A stretch of 32,000 bases of DNA. It comes from Caldimicrobium thiodismutans. GTDB taxonomy: Bacteria > Desulfobacterota > Thermodesulfobacteria > Thermodesulfobacteriales > Thermodesulfobacteriaceae. Of this stretch, positions 15,839-24,566 are shown in pieces; position 1 is the first letter of the stretch; each line of letters starts with the position of its first letter. The DNA is taken from the NCBI RefSeq assembly GCF_001548275.1, contig NZ_AP014945.1:1080001-1112000 (forward strand), read 5' to 3'. A model generated the notes under the pieces. The model did not search any database and was not told the DNA's origin. It saw nothing but the letters and a program-made list of their open reading frames with translations. Both the position numbers and the translations under genes were made by a program.

Positions 15839-17119
15839 ATGAAGATACTTCTCAAAAAGGGGCGTATCCTTGATCCCTCTTCAGGATTGGATTTTGTGGG
15901 TGATCTTTTAATAGAAGATGGAAATATACGAGGTGTTGAAAGGGACATAGAGCTTTCGGAAAAGAATATTACTATGCTTGATTGTCAAGGAAAACTTATT
16001 TTTCCAGGCCTTGTTGATATGCATGTGCACTTAAGGGAGCCTGGAGAAGAGTGGAAGGAGGACATTGAGAGTGGCACAAGGGCAGCCCTTTATGGTGGTG
16101 TTCTTAGAGTTGCCTGTATGCCAAACACTAAGCCTGTTAACGATTCTCCTGAAGTGACTTCATATATTTTGAAGAGGGCTAAGGAAAAGGCCTGGGTCAC
16201 TGTTTATCCCATTTCAGCTATCACCAAAGGCCAGGAAGGAAAAGAACTTTCCGAATTTGGAAGGCTTAAAAAAGCTGGAGCTATAGCGGTTTCTGATGAT
16301 GGAAAATGGGTAGCTAACTCTGCTCTCATGAAAAGGGCTCTGCTTTATGCCAAGAATTTTGATCTTCCTGTGATCTCCCATTGTGAAGACCCTTTTTTAA
16401 GTTTCAAAGGGCAGATAAATGAGGGAAAAATCTCTGCCAAGCTTGGACTTAAAGGCATTCCCTCATCTGCTGAAACCATTGCAGTTATAAGAGATCTTCT
16501 CCTTGCCAAAGAAACGGAAACTTCTGTGCATCTTGCTCATCTCTCTGTAAAGGAAAATATACCTTTCTTAAAATGGGCTAAAGAGGAGGGGATTCCCTTT
16601 ACAGCTGAGACCTGCCCTCATTATTTTACTTTAACTGAAAAGGAGGTTGAGGGCTATAATACCTTAGCTAAGGTAAACCCTCCTTTAAGAACAGAAGAGG
16701 ATATTTATGCCATAAAGAACGCTTTAAAAGAGGGCTATATTGAGGTTATTGCAAGTGATCATGCCCCTCATAGTCCCCTTGAAAAGGAGGTTGAATTTGA
16801 GCTTGCAAGTTTTGGGATGCTCGGGCTCCAGTTTCTCTTACCTTTAAGTTTTAATCTTGTAAGAGAAGGAGTTTTATCCGAGCTCAAATTACTTGAATAT
16901 ATGATTACTAATCCCTCTAAAATTTTACGGGTAACGCCTCCCAGTTTTAAAGAGGGAGCTCTGGCAGAAGTGATTGTCTTTGATCCAGAAGAAGAATGGA
17001 AGGTAACAGAAGAGATTATTCAATCAAAGAGCAAAAATACGCCCCTTCTTGGAAAAACCTTAAAAGGAAAAGTCAAAATGATAATTTTACAAAAAACGAT
17101 ATATAGGGCAGACACATAG
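15839..17119 (+). CDS. pyrC: Dihydroorotase
   Basis: Contains VDMHVHLREPG and ASDHAPH, 426 aa, immediately downstream of pyrB. Confidence 0.92.
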   Translation: MKILLKKGRILDPSSGLDFVGDLLIEDGNIRGVERDIELSEKNITMLDCQGKLIFPGLVDMHVHLREPGEEWKEDIESGTRAALYGGVLRVACMPNTKPVNDSPEVTSYILKRAKEKAWVTVYPISAITKGQEGKELSEFGRLKKAGAIAVSDDGKWVANSALMKRALLYAKNFDLPVISHCEDPFLSFKGQINEGKISAKLGLKGIPSSAETIAVIRDLLLAKETETSVHLAHLSVKENIPFLKWAKEEGIPFTAETCPHYFTLTEKEVEGYNTLAKVNPPLRTEEDIYAIKNALKEGYIEVIASDHAPHSPLEKEVEFELASFGMLGLQFLLPLSFNLVREGVLSELKLLEYMITNPSKILRVTPPSFKEGALAEVIVFDPEEEWKVTEEIIQSKSKNTPLLGKTLKGKVKMIILQKTIYRADT

Positions 17120-17146
17120 GTCTGCCTTATGCAGACAGGCCTGCCC
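17106..17146 (+). other. GC-rich cluster of mutually exclusive hairpins spanning the pyrC stop codon
   Basis: GGCAGAC(17107-13)/GTCTGCC(17120-26) forms a hairpin with a 6-nt loop containing the TAG stop. GTCTGC(17120-25)/GCAGAC(17131-36) forms another with a 5-nt loop. GGGCAG(17106-11)/CTGCCC(17141-46) is a possible outer stem. No U-tract follows. Confidence 0.3.
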
Positions 17147-17604
17147 CTACACTACGAATTGCCTCTATAAAAAATTTTTCAATTTAAATTCAGCACATTT
17201 CTTAAAACTTTACGGAAAAACTATCTATTTTGCTCTTCTTAAATTCATGAAAGGTTGACCTTAAGTCTCTTGGCAAAGCTTATTTCAAAGGAAAGAGTGG
17301 GTAAGGAGCTTTACAGAAAGATAAGGCAATATCAGAAAATGCTTGAGAGAGCATATTTAAAGAAAAAAGGGGATTATTTTCGAGGAAAAAATTGACAATA
17401 AAAAGGAGGGGGAGTTAAAATAAATTCCTTTAGAAAATTAAATTAGGCATTACGACTAAAAACAAAGGTGTGGTTTTTTTAATACATTTGTAGAAAAAAA
17501 GTCACACTCGGGAATAGTTTGGTCCCCATAAAATCCTTTAATTTCCTTAGTATAGAGTTGGGCATAAATTTTGATTGAAAAAATATGAAAAATTTTAAAA
17601 GGAT

Positions 17605-18510
17605 TTGACTATGGAATATCAAAGAACTGTTGCAGATGTGGTAATTTTTGAAGGGGAAGGAGTTTTTTCAGGTAAAAAGATCAGGGTAGAGATTCATCCC
17701 TTAAGAGAAAATGAAGGCATTGTCTTTGAAAGGGCTGATCTGTCGGATAAACCCCGCATTCCTCTTGTTATTGAAAATATAGTTGGCCTTGAGGGGGCAG
17801 TTCTTCTCACAAATGGTAAAGAATCAATCTCCTTAGTGGAGCATCTACTTTCTGCTTTTCATGGCCTTGGTATTGATAATGCTTTAGTAAAGGTCTTTGG
17901 GGAAGAGATTCCTCTTCTTGATGGGTCTGCTTTTCCTATAGTTAGAGCCTTGCAGGAGGTAGGGTATTTATTATTGCCCGCACCGAGAAAGAAGTTTGTT
18001 CTCAAAAGGCCCTTTCAGCTTGTTAATGGAGTGGGAAAGATATCCTTCAAACCTTCCCATAAATTAAGTATCAATGCCAGGATTTATTTTGAACATCCTT
18101 CCATAGGGGAACAGACCTTTAAGTTTACTCTTACCCCACAGGATTTTATAAGAGAAGTCTCCTTTGCCCGGACTTTTGGTTTTAAAGATCTTCTTGAGGA
18201 AAGAAAAAAGAAAGGCCTTCTCAAGGGAGGAAGTTTATCCAATGCCATAGTGATAGATAAAGAGAAGGTCCTTAATGCTGAGGGATTGAGGGCCCAGGAT
18301 GAATTTGTCAGGCACAAGGTTCTTGACATAGTGGGAGATCTCTTTACCTTGGGGCATCCCCTTTTAGCTGAGGTTTCAGCAGAACTTACAGGGCATAAAC
18401 TTCATATCGAGGCTTTAAAAGCCCTTTCCCAGGCTGGGCTTCTGGAGGAGGTTTCTACACGGGCCCTTACTTTTTTATGGATTCCTAAAAAGAAGAGGAG
18501 GTCTTTCTAA
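17605..18510 (+). CDS. lpxC: UDP-3-O-acyl-N-acetylglucosamine deacetylase
   Basis: Contains VEHLLSAFHGLGIDN and DEFVRHKVLDIVGDL. The track start is TTG 17605; ATG at 17611 is equally plausible. Confidence 0.93.
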   Translation: MTMEYQRTVADVVIFEGEGVFSGKKIRVEIHPLRENEGIVFERADLSDKPRIPLVIENIVGLEGAVLLTNGKESISLVEHLLSAFHGLGIDNALVKVFGEEIPLLDGSAFPIVRALQEVGYLLLPAPRKKFVLKRPFQLVNGVGKISFKPSHKLSINARIYFEHPSIGEQTFKFTLTPQDFIREVSFARTFGFKDLLEERKKKGLLKGGSLSNAIVIDKEKVLNAEGLRAQDEFVRHKVLDIVGDLFTLGHPLLAEVSAELTGHKLHIEALKALSQAGLLEEVSTRALTFLWIPKKKRRSF

Positions 18511-19423
18511 TTTTTCCAATTTTGTAAATCAGGCCATCAGGTTTACTTAAAACTTCTTCCAGAGTTAGAAGATTAATTCTATAGGTTAGGCCTTTGGATG
18601 AGGTAAGTTCTTCAAGCCTTTTTATAATATATTGAACCGGATCAGGAAAGCGTTTATCTATATCTGGAAAGGCTTGGAGATAGATTGAATTGTCCTCAAT
18701 AGCCAGTTTGTAAGGCAAATAGGTTACAAAAACATCTGTTTTTAAGGGAACCATTTTAAAGAGTCTTTCAATATCTTCAGGATAGAGCCTGAAACATCCA
18801 TGGGTAGTTCTTCTTCCAATGCTGTATGCCTTGTTAGTGCCATGAATAGCAAAGAGGCCTTTATCTAAATACAAGGCATAATCTCCCATAGGATTTTCAG
18901 GCCCAGGAGGGACGACCTCTGGAAGCTCAGGTTCTTCCCTGCGTATTGATTCCGTTGGATACCAGTATGGCTTTTCTTTTTTGCGCACAATCTTGTAATT
19001 TCCTGTGGGGGGAAGCTTGCCCTCATCTCCAATCCCAATGGGAAAGGTTAAAAAGGTCCCCTTCCGAAAATAGTAAAGTCGCATTTCTGGAAGATTTATA
19101 AGTATATAGTTTTCCTTTTTAAGGATAAATTCTTCTGGAACAATAAGTTTATAGGGTAAAAGAATTTTTGAACCAGGAGGAGGAACCCATGGATCAACCC
19201 CTGGATTGGCAAGAAGTAGTGCCTGATAGCCTAATTTGAACTTTACTGCAAGATCAACCAGAGTATCCCCCTTTTTTAGGATATATTCTTTGTCTTCAAA
19301 ATAAATAAATTTATTGTTTTGCAAAGAAGTAAAGGCAAGCCCTTGAGAGTAAAGTAAAATGATATAGAATAAAAAAATCCCGGTCAAGGAGGTAAATCCA
19401 TGCGCTTTCATAATATCCTTCAA
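18485..19423 (-). CDS. L,D-transpeptidase (YkuD family) with an N-terminal LysM domain
   Basis: LysM segment YILKKGDTLVDLAVKFKLGYQALLLANPGV and YkuD active site HGTN..GRRTTHGCFRL. The track start is TTG 19423. ATG at 19411, preceded by AAGGA, is the more likely start and gives the signal peptide MKAHGFTSLTGIFLFYIILLYSQGLA. The 3' end overlaps lpxC by 26 nt. Confidence 0.88.
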   Translation of the reverse strand: MKDIMKAHGFTSLTGIFLFYIILLYSQGLAFTSLQNNKFIYFEDKEYILKKGDTLVDLAVKFKLGYQALLLANPGVDPWVPPPGSKILLPYKLIVPEEFILKKENYILINLPEMRLYYFRKGTFLTFPIGIGDEGKLPPTGNYKIVRKKEKPYWYPTESIRREEPELPEVVPPGPENPMGDYALYLDKGLFAIHGTNKAYSIGRRTTHGCFRLYPEDIERLFKMVPLKTDVFVTYLPYKLAIEDNSIYLQAFPDIDKRFPDPVQYIIKRLEELTSSKGLTYRINLLTLEEVLSKPDGLIYKIGKIRKTSSSF

Positions 19424-21727
19424 AAGGTTGGAAATACTCCTATTGTTAAACTAAACAAGTTAAAAGTCAAGGGGGCTGTAGAAATTTGGGGGAAGCTTGA
19501 AAGTCAAAATCCAGGTGGATCTGTGAAAGATCGTATTGCCCTTGCGATGATAGAGGATGCAGAAAAAAGAGGTCTTCTTACTCCTGAAAAGATTGTTATT
19601 GAGGCTTCAAGTGGGAATACAGGAATTGGGCTTGCCATGGTTTGTGCAGCCAAAGGGTATCGTTGCGTTATTGCTATGCCAGAGTCTGCATCCCTTGAGA
19701 GAAGAAAGGTTATGCAGGCTTTTGGAGCTGAAATTGTTTTAACTCCTGCAGGCAAAGGCACAGATGGAGCCATTGAGTTTGTTTATGATCTTGTGAGGGC
19801 TGAGTCTGAAAAATATTTTTGCCCTGACCAGTTTAACAATCCTGCCAACTGGCAAATGCATTACCGAACAACTGGGCCTGAAATCTGGGCTCAAACCGAG
19901 GGGAAAGTTACCTTTGTGGTAAGTGCCCTTGGAACCACTGGAACAGCCATGGGAATTGCAAGATATGCCCTTGATAACCATCTTCCCTTTAAGGTGGTTG
20001 GGGTTGAACCCTATCCCGGGCATAAAATTCAGGGACTTAAAAATATGAAGGAATCCTTTCCCCCAGGAATTTTTGATAGAAAACTTCTTTATAAGGTGAT
20101 TAATGTTTGCGATGAAGAGGCCTATGAGATGGCAAGATGGCTTGCAAGGAATGAGGGTATATTTGTAGGAATGAGCTCAGGGGCAGCTCTTGCTGGAGCT
20201 TTGAAACTTGCTGAAGAAATTGCTGAAGGAATGATTGTAGTAATCTTCCCTGATCATGGAGAAAGATATCTCTCAACTCCCCTCTGGGCCTTTGAAACAA
20301 AAGAGGTGGAAAGGGACCTTTATCTTTATAATACCCTTACTCAGAAAAAGGAGGCCTTTGTTCCTAAGGACCCCCCTGTAGTTAAGATTTACACCTGTGG
20401 CCCAACTCTTAACATCAGGCCTCACATCGGGCTCTATCGCAGGCTTCTTACTGCAGATATTTTAAAGGGGTATCTCAAACTTTTCGGATATACTCCTTTT
20501 CATGTGGTAAACCTTACTGATTTTGATGATAAAACCATCCAGACTGCCCTTGAAAAAGAAAGACCCTTAAAGGAATTAACTGAAGAAATAGAAAGAGCCT
20601 TTTATGAAGATCTTGAATTTTTAAGAATTGAAAGGGCTAATGCTTATCCCAGGGTGAGTGAAAATCTTGAGGAGATGAAGGAGCTTGCCTTTAAACTTTA
20701 TGACCAGCACAAGGCCTATGAGAAGTTTTCTGCCCTTTATTTTGATGTGTCAAGATTCCCTGATTACGGAAGGCTTGCCAAAGTTGATTTGAAGGCTCTC
20801 AAAGGAGGTGTGACAGTTGATCAAGAGGAATATGAAAAGGAAGAACCCTATGATTTTGCCCTTTTGAAAAGGGTTCATATTCTTGAGATGAAGGCAGGCT
20901 ATTTTCTTGAAACACCCATTGGAAGAGTGAGGCCTACCTGGCATATCCACTGCGCTTGTATAGCTTTAAAATATCTTGGGGACAATTTTGATATCTATAC
21001 CAGTGGAAGGGATTTAATCTTTCCCCATCATGAAAACACAAGAGCCGTTGCCAAGGCTTTAACTGGTAAGGAACTTGCCAATTACTGGATTCACACAGAA
21101 CTCAGCTATTTTGAAGGAAAAAAACTCTCCTCAGATAATAGAATCACCCTTCCAGATATCAAAGAAAAAGGTTTTGAAGGTCGGGTTTTAAGACTATATA
21201 TGCTTCAGAGTCACTACAGTAGTCCTCTTAATTTTTCCTGGAAAGCCCTTGAGGATGCAAAAAGATACCTTGAAAAAATTGATACCTATCTTGCCTATAT
21301 TTCCTTTGCAAAAGAAAAGGTTTTACCAGATAGGGAAAGGGAAACTCTCTGGGAAAAACTCTCCACCTTTGAAAAAAACTTTAAATCCGCTTTAAAAGAA
21401 GATTTAAACACCCCTCTTGCTATTTCGGAATTAACCGACTTTCTTAAAGATCTTTATCGTCAGGCAGAAAAGGGCTTTCCTGCAGGCTATAAAGAAAAAG
21501 TTTTTGAGGTTTTAAGGAGTTTTAACTCCATCTTTAAATTTCTTAAGTTTCCAAAAGAAATAAAAGACAGGGAAATACTTGAGCTTGCAAAGAGAAGAGA
21601 TAGGGCACGAAGGGAGGGAAACTTTGAGGAGGCAGATATTATAAGAGAGGAGCTTATTAATAGAGGTTATAAAGTTTATGATACTCCCTCAGGCACCAGG
21701 GTTATAAATTTCCTTGATGAAGAATAA
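19400..21727 (+). CDS. cysS: Fusion protein: cysteine synthase (CysK/CysM, PLP-dependent) plus full-length cysteinyl-tRNA synthetase with degenerate HIGH/KMSKS motifs
   Basis: Continuous 775-aa ORF with a strong SD (AAGGAGG, 7-nt spacing). The N-terminal half has GGSVKDR, SSGNTG, GTTGT, HKIQGL, SSGAA and ERYLSTPLW. The C-terminal half has LYLYNTLTQKKEAF, YTCGPTLNIRPHIGLYR, NLTDFDDK, PTWHIHC, DIYTSGRDLIFPHHENT, GKKLSSDN, LNTPLAISEL and RRDRARREGNFEEADIIREELINRGYKVYDTPSGTRV. Confidence 0.85.
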   Translation: MRFHNILQKVGNTPIVKLNKLKVKGAVEIWGKLESQNPGGSVKDRIALAMIEDAEKRGLLTPEKIVIEASSGNTGIGLAMVCAAKGYRCVIAMPESASLERRKVMQAFGAEIVLTPAGKGTDGAIEFVYDLVRAESEKYFCPDQFNNPANWQMHYRTTGPEIWAQTEGKVTFVVSALGTTGTAMGIARYALDNHLPFKVVGVEPYPGHKIQGLKNMKESFPPGIFDRKLLYKVINVCDEEAYEMARWLARNEGIFVGMSSGAALAGALKLAEEIAEGMIVVIFPDHGERYLSTPLWAFETKEVERDLYLYNTLTQKKEAFVPKDPPVVKIYTCGPTLNIRPHIGLYRRLLTADILKGYLKLFGYTPFHVVNLTDFDDKTIQTALEKERPLKELTEEIERAFYEDLEFLRIERANAYPRVSENLEEMKELAFKLYDQHKAYEKFSALYFDVSRFPDYGRLAKVDLKALKGGVTVDQEEYEKEEPYDFALLKRVHILEMKAGYFLETPIGRVRPTWHIHCACIALKYLGDNFDIYTSGRDLIFPHHENTRAVAKALTGKELANYWIHTELSYFEGKKLSSDNRITLPDIKEKGFEGRVLRLYMLQSHYSSPLNFSWKALEDAKRYLEKIDTYLAYISFAKEKVLPDRERETLWEKLSTFEKNFKSALKEDLNTPLAISELTDFLKDLYRQAEKGFPAGYKEKVFEVLRSFNSIFKFLKFPKEIKDREILELAKRRDRARREGNFEEADIIREELINRGYKVYDTPSGTRVINFLDEE

Positions 21728-22361
21728 GATTTTTTTTGAAATTTTTGAAAAGTTATATAGGTTTTTTGGTCCACAGGGGTGGTGGCCTGCAGAGAGTCCC
21801 TTTGAAGTCTGCGTGGGAGCTATCCTTACTCAAAATGCAAACTGGAAAAATGTAGAAAAGGCCATAGAAAATTTAAAAAAAAAGAATCTTTTAACCCCAG
21901 AAGCCTTATATCAGCTTTCAGAAAGAGAACTTGCCGAGCTCATTAAACCCTCTGGATTTTATAATCTTAAGGCCAAAAGACTAAAAAATTTTTTAAAATT
22001 TCTCTTTGAAAACTATCAGGGAGATCTTAAAAGAATGAGGGAGGAAAATCCTGAGATTTTAAGAAGAAAACTTCTTGAGGTAAAGGGCCTTGGCCTTGAG
22101 ACCGTGGATTCCATTTTACTTTATGCCTTAGATATGCCCTTTTTTGTGGTGGATGCCTATACCTATAGAATCCTTTTTCGGCACGGGCTCTGTCCTGAAG
22201 AAACCACCTATGAAGAACTACAAAATATCTTTCATGAAAATCTTGAAAGGGATATAGAATTATACAAGGAATTTCACGCCCTTTTGGTTGCCTGTGGAAA
22301 AATTTTCTGTAAGATGAAAGAGCCCCTCTGTGAACCTTGCCCTTTATCTGAGCTGAGGTAA
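21714..22361 (+). CDS. Endonuclease III-related HhH-GPD DNA glycosylase-family protein (COG2231-like)
   Basis: Contains ..GAILTQNANWKNVEKA.., the HhH LLEVKGLGLETVDSILLYAL, the catalytic Asp context FFVVDAYTYRI and the C-terminal Cys cluster CGKIFCKMKEPLCEPC. The EndoIII lysine is absent, so it is probably monofunctional. It overlaps the upstream gene by 14 nt. Confidence 0.78.
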   Translation: MMKNKIFFEIFEKLYRFFGPQGWWPAESPFEVCVGAILTQNANWKNVEKAIENLKKKNLLTPEALYQLSERELAELIKPSGFYNLKAKRLKNFLKFLFENYQGDLKRMREENPEILRRKLLEVKGLGLETVDSILLYALDMPFFVVDAYTYRILFRHGLCPEETTYEELQNIFHENLERDIELYKEFHALLVACGKIFCKMKEPLCEPCPLSELR

Positions 22362-22370
22362 CCCTCCTTT

Positions 22371-23255
22371 ATGGTCTGGATAATCCTTTCCATTCTTGCA
22401 GGGTTCTTTGTAGCCCTAAGTGATGCCTTAAACAAAAAATATATATCCAAAGAAGGCTTTGTAAAAATGACTGTTTCAAGAACCCTTGGAGCCTTTCCCT
22501 TTTTATTTCCTTTGTTTCTCTATTTTCTATTAGAGAAAACTTCCTATCTTTATTTTACCCCAGATTTTATAGTTAATACTCTAATTCTTCTTTTTCTTGA
22601 AATCATAGCTACCCTTTTTTACATGAAAGGTATCGAGATCTCTCCTCTTTCAGCTTCCCTTCCCTTTTTATCCTTTACCCCAATTTTTATCATTTTTACT
22701 GGATTTTTCATTCTTGGAGAAAGGGTAAGTGTGCCTGGTGCTTTGGGAATTTTTTTAATTGTTACCGGAGCCTATCTCATTCACCTTCCAAGAATTAATC
22801 AGGGAATCCTTGCACCTTTAAAAGGTATCTGGGAGGAAAGAGGAGGCCTTTTTCTTCTGGTCACAGCCTTTATCTATGGAATTACAAGTGTTCTTGGTAA
22901 AAGAGGCCTTCTTCTATCAGATCCCCTCTTTTTTGCCTCCTTTTATTTTTCCCTTCTTTCCTTTACCACACCATTAATCTTAAAGTTTATATATAAAATT
23001 GAAATCCTTTCTTTTTTAAAGAAAAATTTTAGAGGTATAATTCTGGTGGGAGGAACGCAGGCTCTTATGTGTTTTTGCCACATGCTTGCTTTAAGTCTTA
23101 TTGAAACCGCCTATATGATTGCCTTGAAAAGAACAAGCATTTTCTTTGCAGTGGGGCTTGGCTGGCTTTTTTTTAAAGAGAGGCACATTGGCCTTCGCTT
23201 GGGAGCCTCAATTCTAATGTTTATAGGAATTCTGATTATTGCCTTCTGGAAATAG
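22371..23255 (+). CDS. EamA/DMT-superfamily transporter
   Basis: 294 aa with about 10 hydrophobic helices in two halves, typical of EamA repeat proteins. Confidence 0.75.
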   Translation: MVWIILSILAGFFVALSDALNKKYISKEGFVKMTVSRTLGAFPFLFPLFLYFLLEKTSYLYFTPDFIVNTLILLFLEIIATLFYMKGIEISPLSASLPFLSFTPIFIIFTGFFILGERVSVPGALGIFLIVTGAYLIHLPRINQGILAPLKGIWEERGGLFLLVTAFIYGITSVLGKRGLLLSDPLFFASFYFSLLSFTTPLILKFIYKIEILSFLKKNFRGIILVGGTQALMCFCHMLALSLIETAYMIALKRTSIFFAVGLGWLFFKERHIGLRLGASILMFIGILIIAFWK

Positions 23256-23261
23256 ATAAAA

Positions 23262-24422
23262 ATGTCCTCAAAATCTCCTTTTACCCTGATTATATTGCTT
23301 GGGCTTGTAAGTCTTTTTTCAGATTTTACCTATGAAGGGGCAAGATCCATTATTGGGCCCTATCTTGCAACCTTAGGGGTAAGTGCAACCCTTGTTGGAT
23401 TTGTAGCGGGATTGGGAGAGTTTCTGGGATATTTTTTGCGTTTTTTTTCAGGCTATCTTACAGATAGATTGAGAAAATACTGGGCCATAACCTTTGCAGG
23501 TTATTTTATAAATCTTTTTTCAGTGCCAGCCCTTTATTTTGCAAAAACTCCCTTTCAGGCAGTAAGTCTTATTCTTCTTGAAAGAACAGGAAAGGCTTTA
23601 AGAACACCAGCAAGAGATACCATCCTCTCTTACGCAACTTTTAAAATAGGAAGAGGCAAAGGTTTTGGCATTCATGAGGCCATGGATCAGATAGGGGCTT
23701 TTCTTGGCCCTTTGATGGTTGCAGGAATTCTTTATTTTACCAAGGATTATAAAACCGCCTTTGCAGGTCTTTTATTTCCTGCCTTATTGGCTTTATTTTT
23801 TCTCTTTCTGGCAAGGAAGCTTTTTCCAAGTCCTGAAAAGTTTGAAAGGACATCCCCTCTCTCTGAAGGAGATAGCTTTTCTAAGGGCTTTTGGCTATAT
23901 GCCCTTGCTATGGGAATCTACGGTGCAGGTTATGCAGATTTTGCCCTAATTAGCTATCATTTTAAAAAGATTGAGCTTTTTATAGGAGAAGAAATTGCCC
24001 TTCTCTATGCCTTAGCTATGGCAATTGATGCCCTATCAGCCCTTATCTTTGGTTATCTCTTTGATAAGAAGGGTATTTTAATTTTAATAGGGGCTATAGG
24101 ACTTTCCTCTCTTTTTGCTCCTTTTGTGTTTTTGGGAAGAAAAGAGCTTGCCATATGGGGAATTATTCTCTGGGGGATAGGCTTTGGCGCTCAAGAATCA
24201 ATTATTCGGGCAGGAGTTTCCTACTTTGTCCCTCCCCAGATGAGAGGAAGAGGTTACGGAATTTTTAATGCCCTCTTTGGGCTCTTCTGGTTTCTTGGTA
24301 GCACCCTCCTTGGAATCTTATACGATTTATCTTTACCTATCTTGGTGGGAACATCAATTTTTTTACAGCTTCTTTCCATTCTATTATTAATAAAAGTATC
24401 TAAAGTATCTCAATTTCCATAG
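23262..24422 (+). CDS. MFS-type transporter
   Basis: 386 aa, polytopic, with an MFS-like loop motif (..LLERTGKALRTPARD..) between TM2 and TM3. Confidence 0.7.
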   Translation: MSSKSPFTLIILLGLVSLFSDFTYEGARSIIGPYLATLGVSATLVGFVAGLGEFLGYFLRFFSGYLTDRLRKYWAITFAGYFINLFSVPALYFAKTPFQAVSLILLERTGKALRTPARDTILSYATFKIGRGKGFGIHEAMDQIGAFLGPLMVAGILYFTKDYKTAFAGLLFPALLALFFLFLARKLFPSPEKFERTSPLSEGDSFSKGFWLYALAMGIYGAGYADFALISYHFKKIELFIGEEIALLYALAMAIDALSALIFGYLFDKKGILILIGAIGLSSLFAPFVFLGRKELAIWGIILWGIGFGAQESIIRAGVSYFVPPQMRGRGYGIFNALFGLFWFLGSTLLGILYDLSLPILVGTSIFLQLLSILLLIKVSKVSQFP

Positions 24423-24566
24423 AAAGATCTATCACTAAACACTATGCATATTTACTAACGCATTTTCATTTATAATTTCATACACTTTGAGCAATATTTA
24501 TTGTATCAAGAAAATAATCCTTTTTTTTCAAAAAATTCAGGTTAAAATAACTTTGAGATTTTCAAG

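Noticed and set aside
17147-17604. A known structured RNA (SRP RNA, 6S, RNase P, tmRNA or a riboswitch) in the long gap before lpxC
   Set aside because: I recognised no conserved core motif of these RNAs, and the region is AT-rich with little stem potential. A covariance-model scan would be needed to exclude one properly.
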